From an uncultured Gemmatimonadota bacterium (GTDB taxonomy: Bacteria; Blakebacterota; Blakebacteria; Blakebacterales; Blakebacteraceae): a stretch of 20,000 nt of DNA. The stretch lies in contig CAZNUA010000017.1 in NCBI GenBank assembly GCA_964576115.1, positions 49,276 to 69,275 of the forward strand, read 5' to 3'. Shown in pieces: positions 19,916 to 20,000 of this stretch. Position 1 is the first letter of the stretch, and each line of letters begins with the position of its first letter. Below the pieces are notes generated by a model. The model searched no databases and was not told where the DNA came from. It saw nothing but the letters and a program-made list of their open reading frames with translations. The translations under genes were made by a program, and so were the position numbers.

Positions 19916-19929
19916 GCGTTATGAAGAAC

Positions 19930-20000
<71 letters not shown>

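Overview
High-GC bacterial chromosomal window. Every supported gene lies on the minus strand, forming one directon with many overlapping stop/start junctions. In transcription order (right to left): tRNA with CAT anticodon (probably tRNA-Ile2, cut by the window edge); a divergent short Ppx/GppA phosphatase; a structured 188-nt intergenic region ending in a terminator; Nif3/DUF34; C4 zinc-ribbon coiled-coil protein; RNase HI; rnpB (RNase P RNA, overlapping the RNase H stop codon); recJ; an acyl-CoA catabolic cluster (acyl-CoA dehydrogenase, YtnP-like metallo-hydrolase, thiolase, 3-hydroxybutyryl-CoA dehydrogenase, second acyl-CoA dehydrogenase, crotonase, methylmalonyl-CoA mutase substrate-binding subunit, methylmalonyl-CoA epimerase, methionine gamma-lyase-like enzyme); comEC; trpS; scpA; scpB; rluB (partial). 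I see no mobile element, CRISPR array or defence island, and this is mostly core genome. The best leads are an unassigned attenuator- or sRNA-like leader before nif3, the RNase H/RNase P RNA overlap, a metallo-hydrolase and a Met lyase coupled into the acyl-CoA operon, a 4-Cys (possible Fe-S) TrpRS, and a ComEC that appears to lack its OB domain. All calls come from motif recognition by eye; no searches were run.
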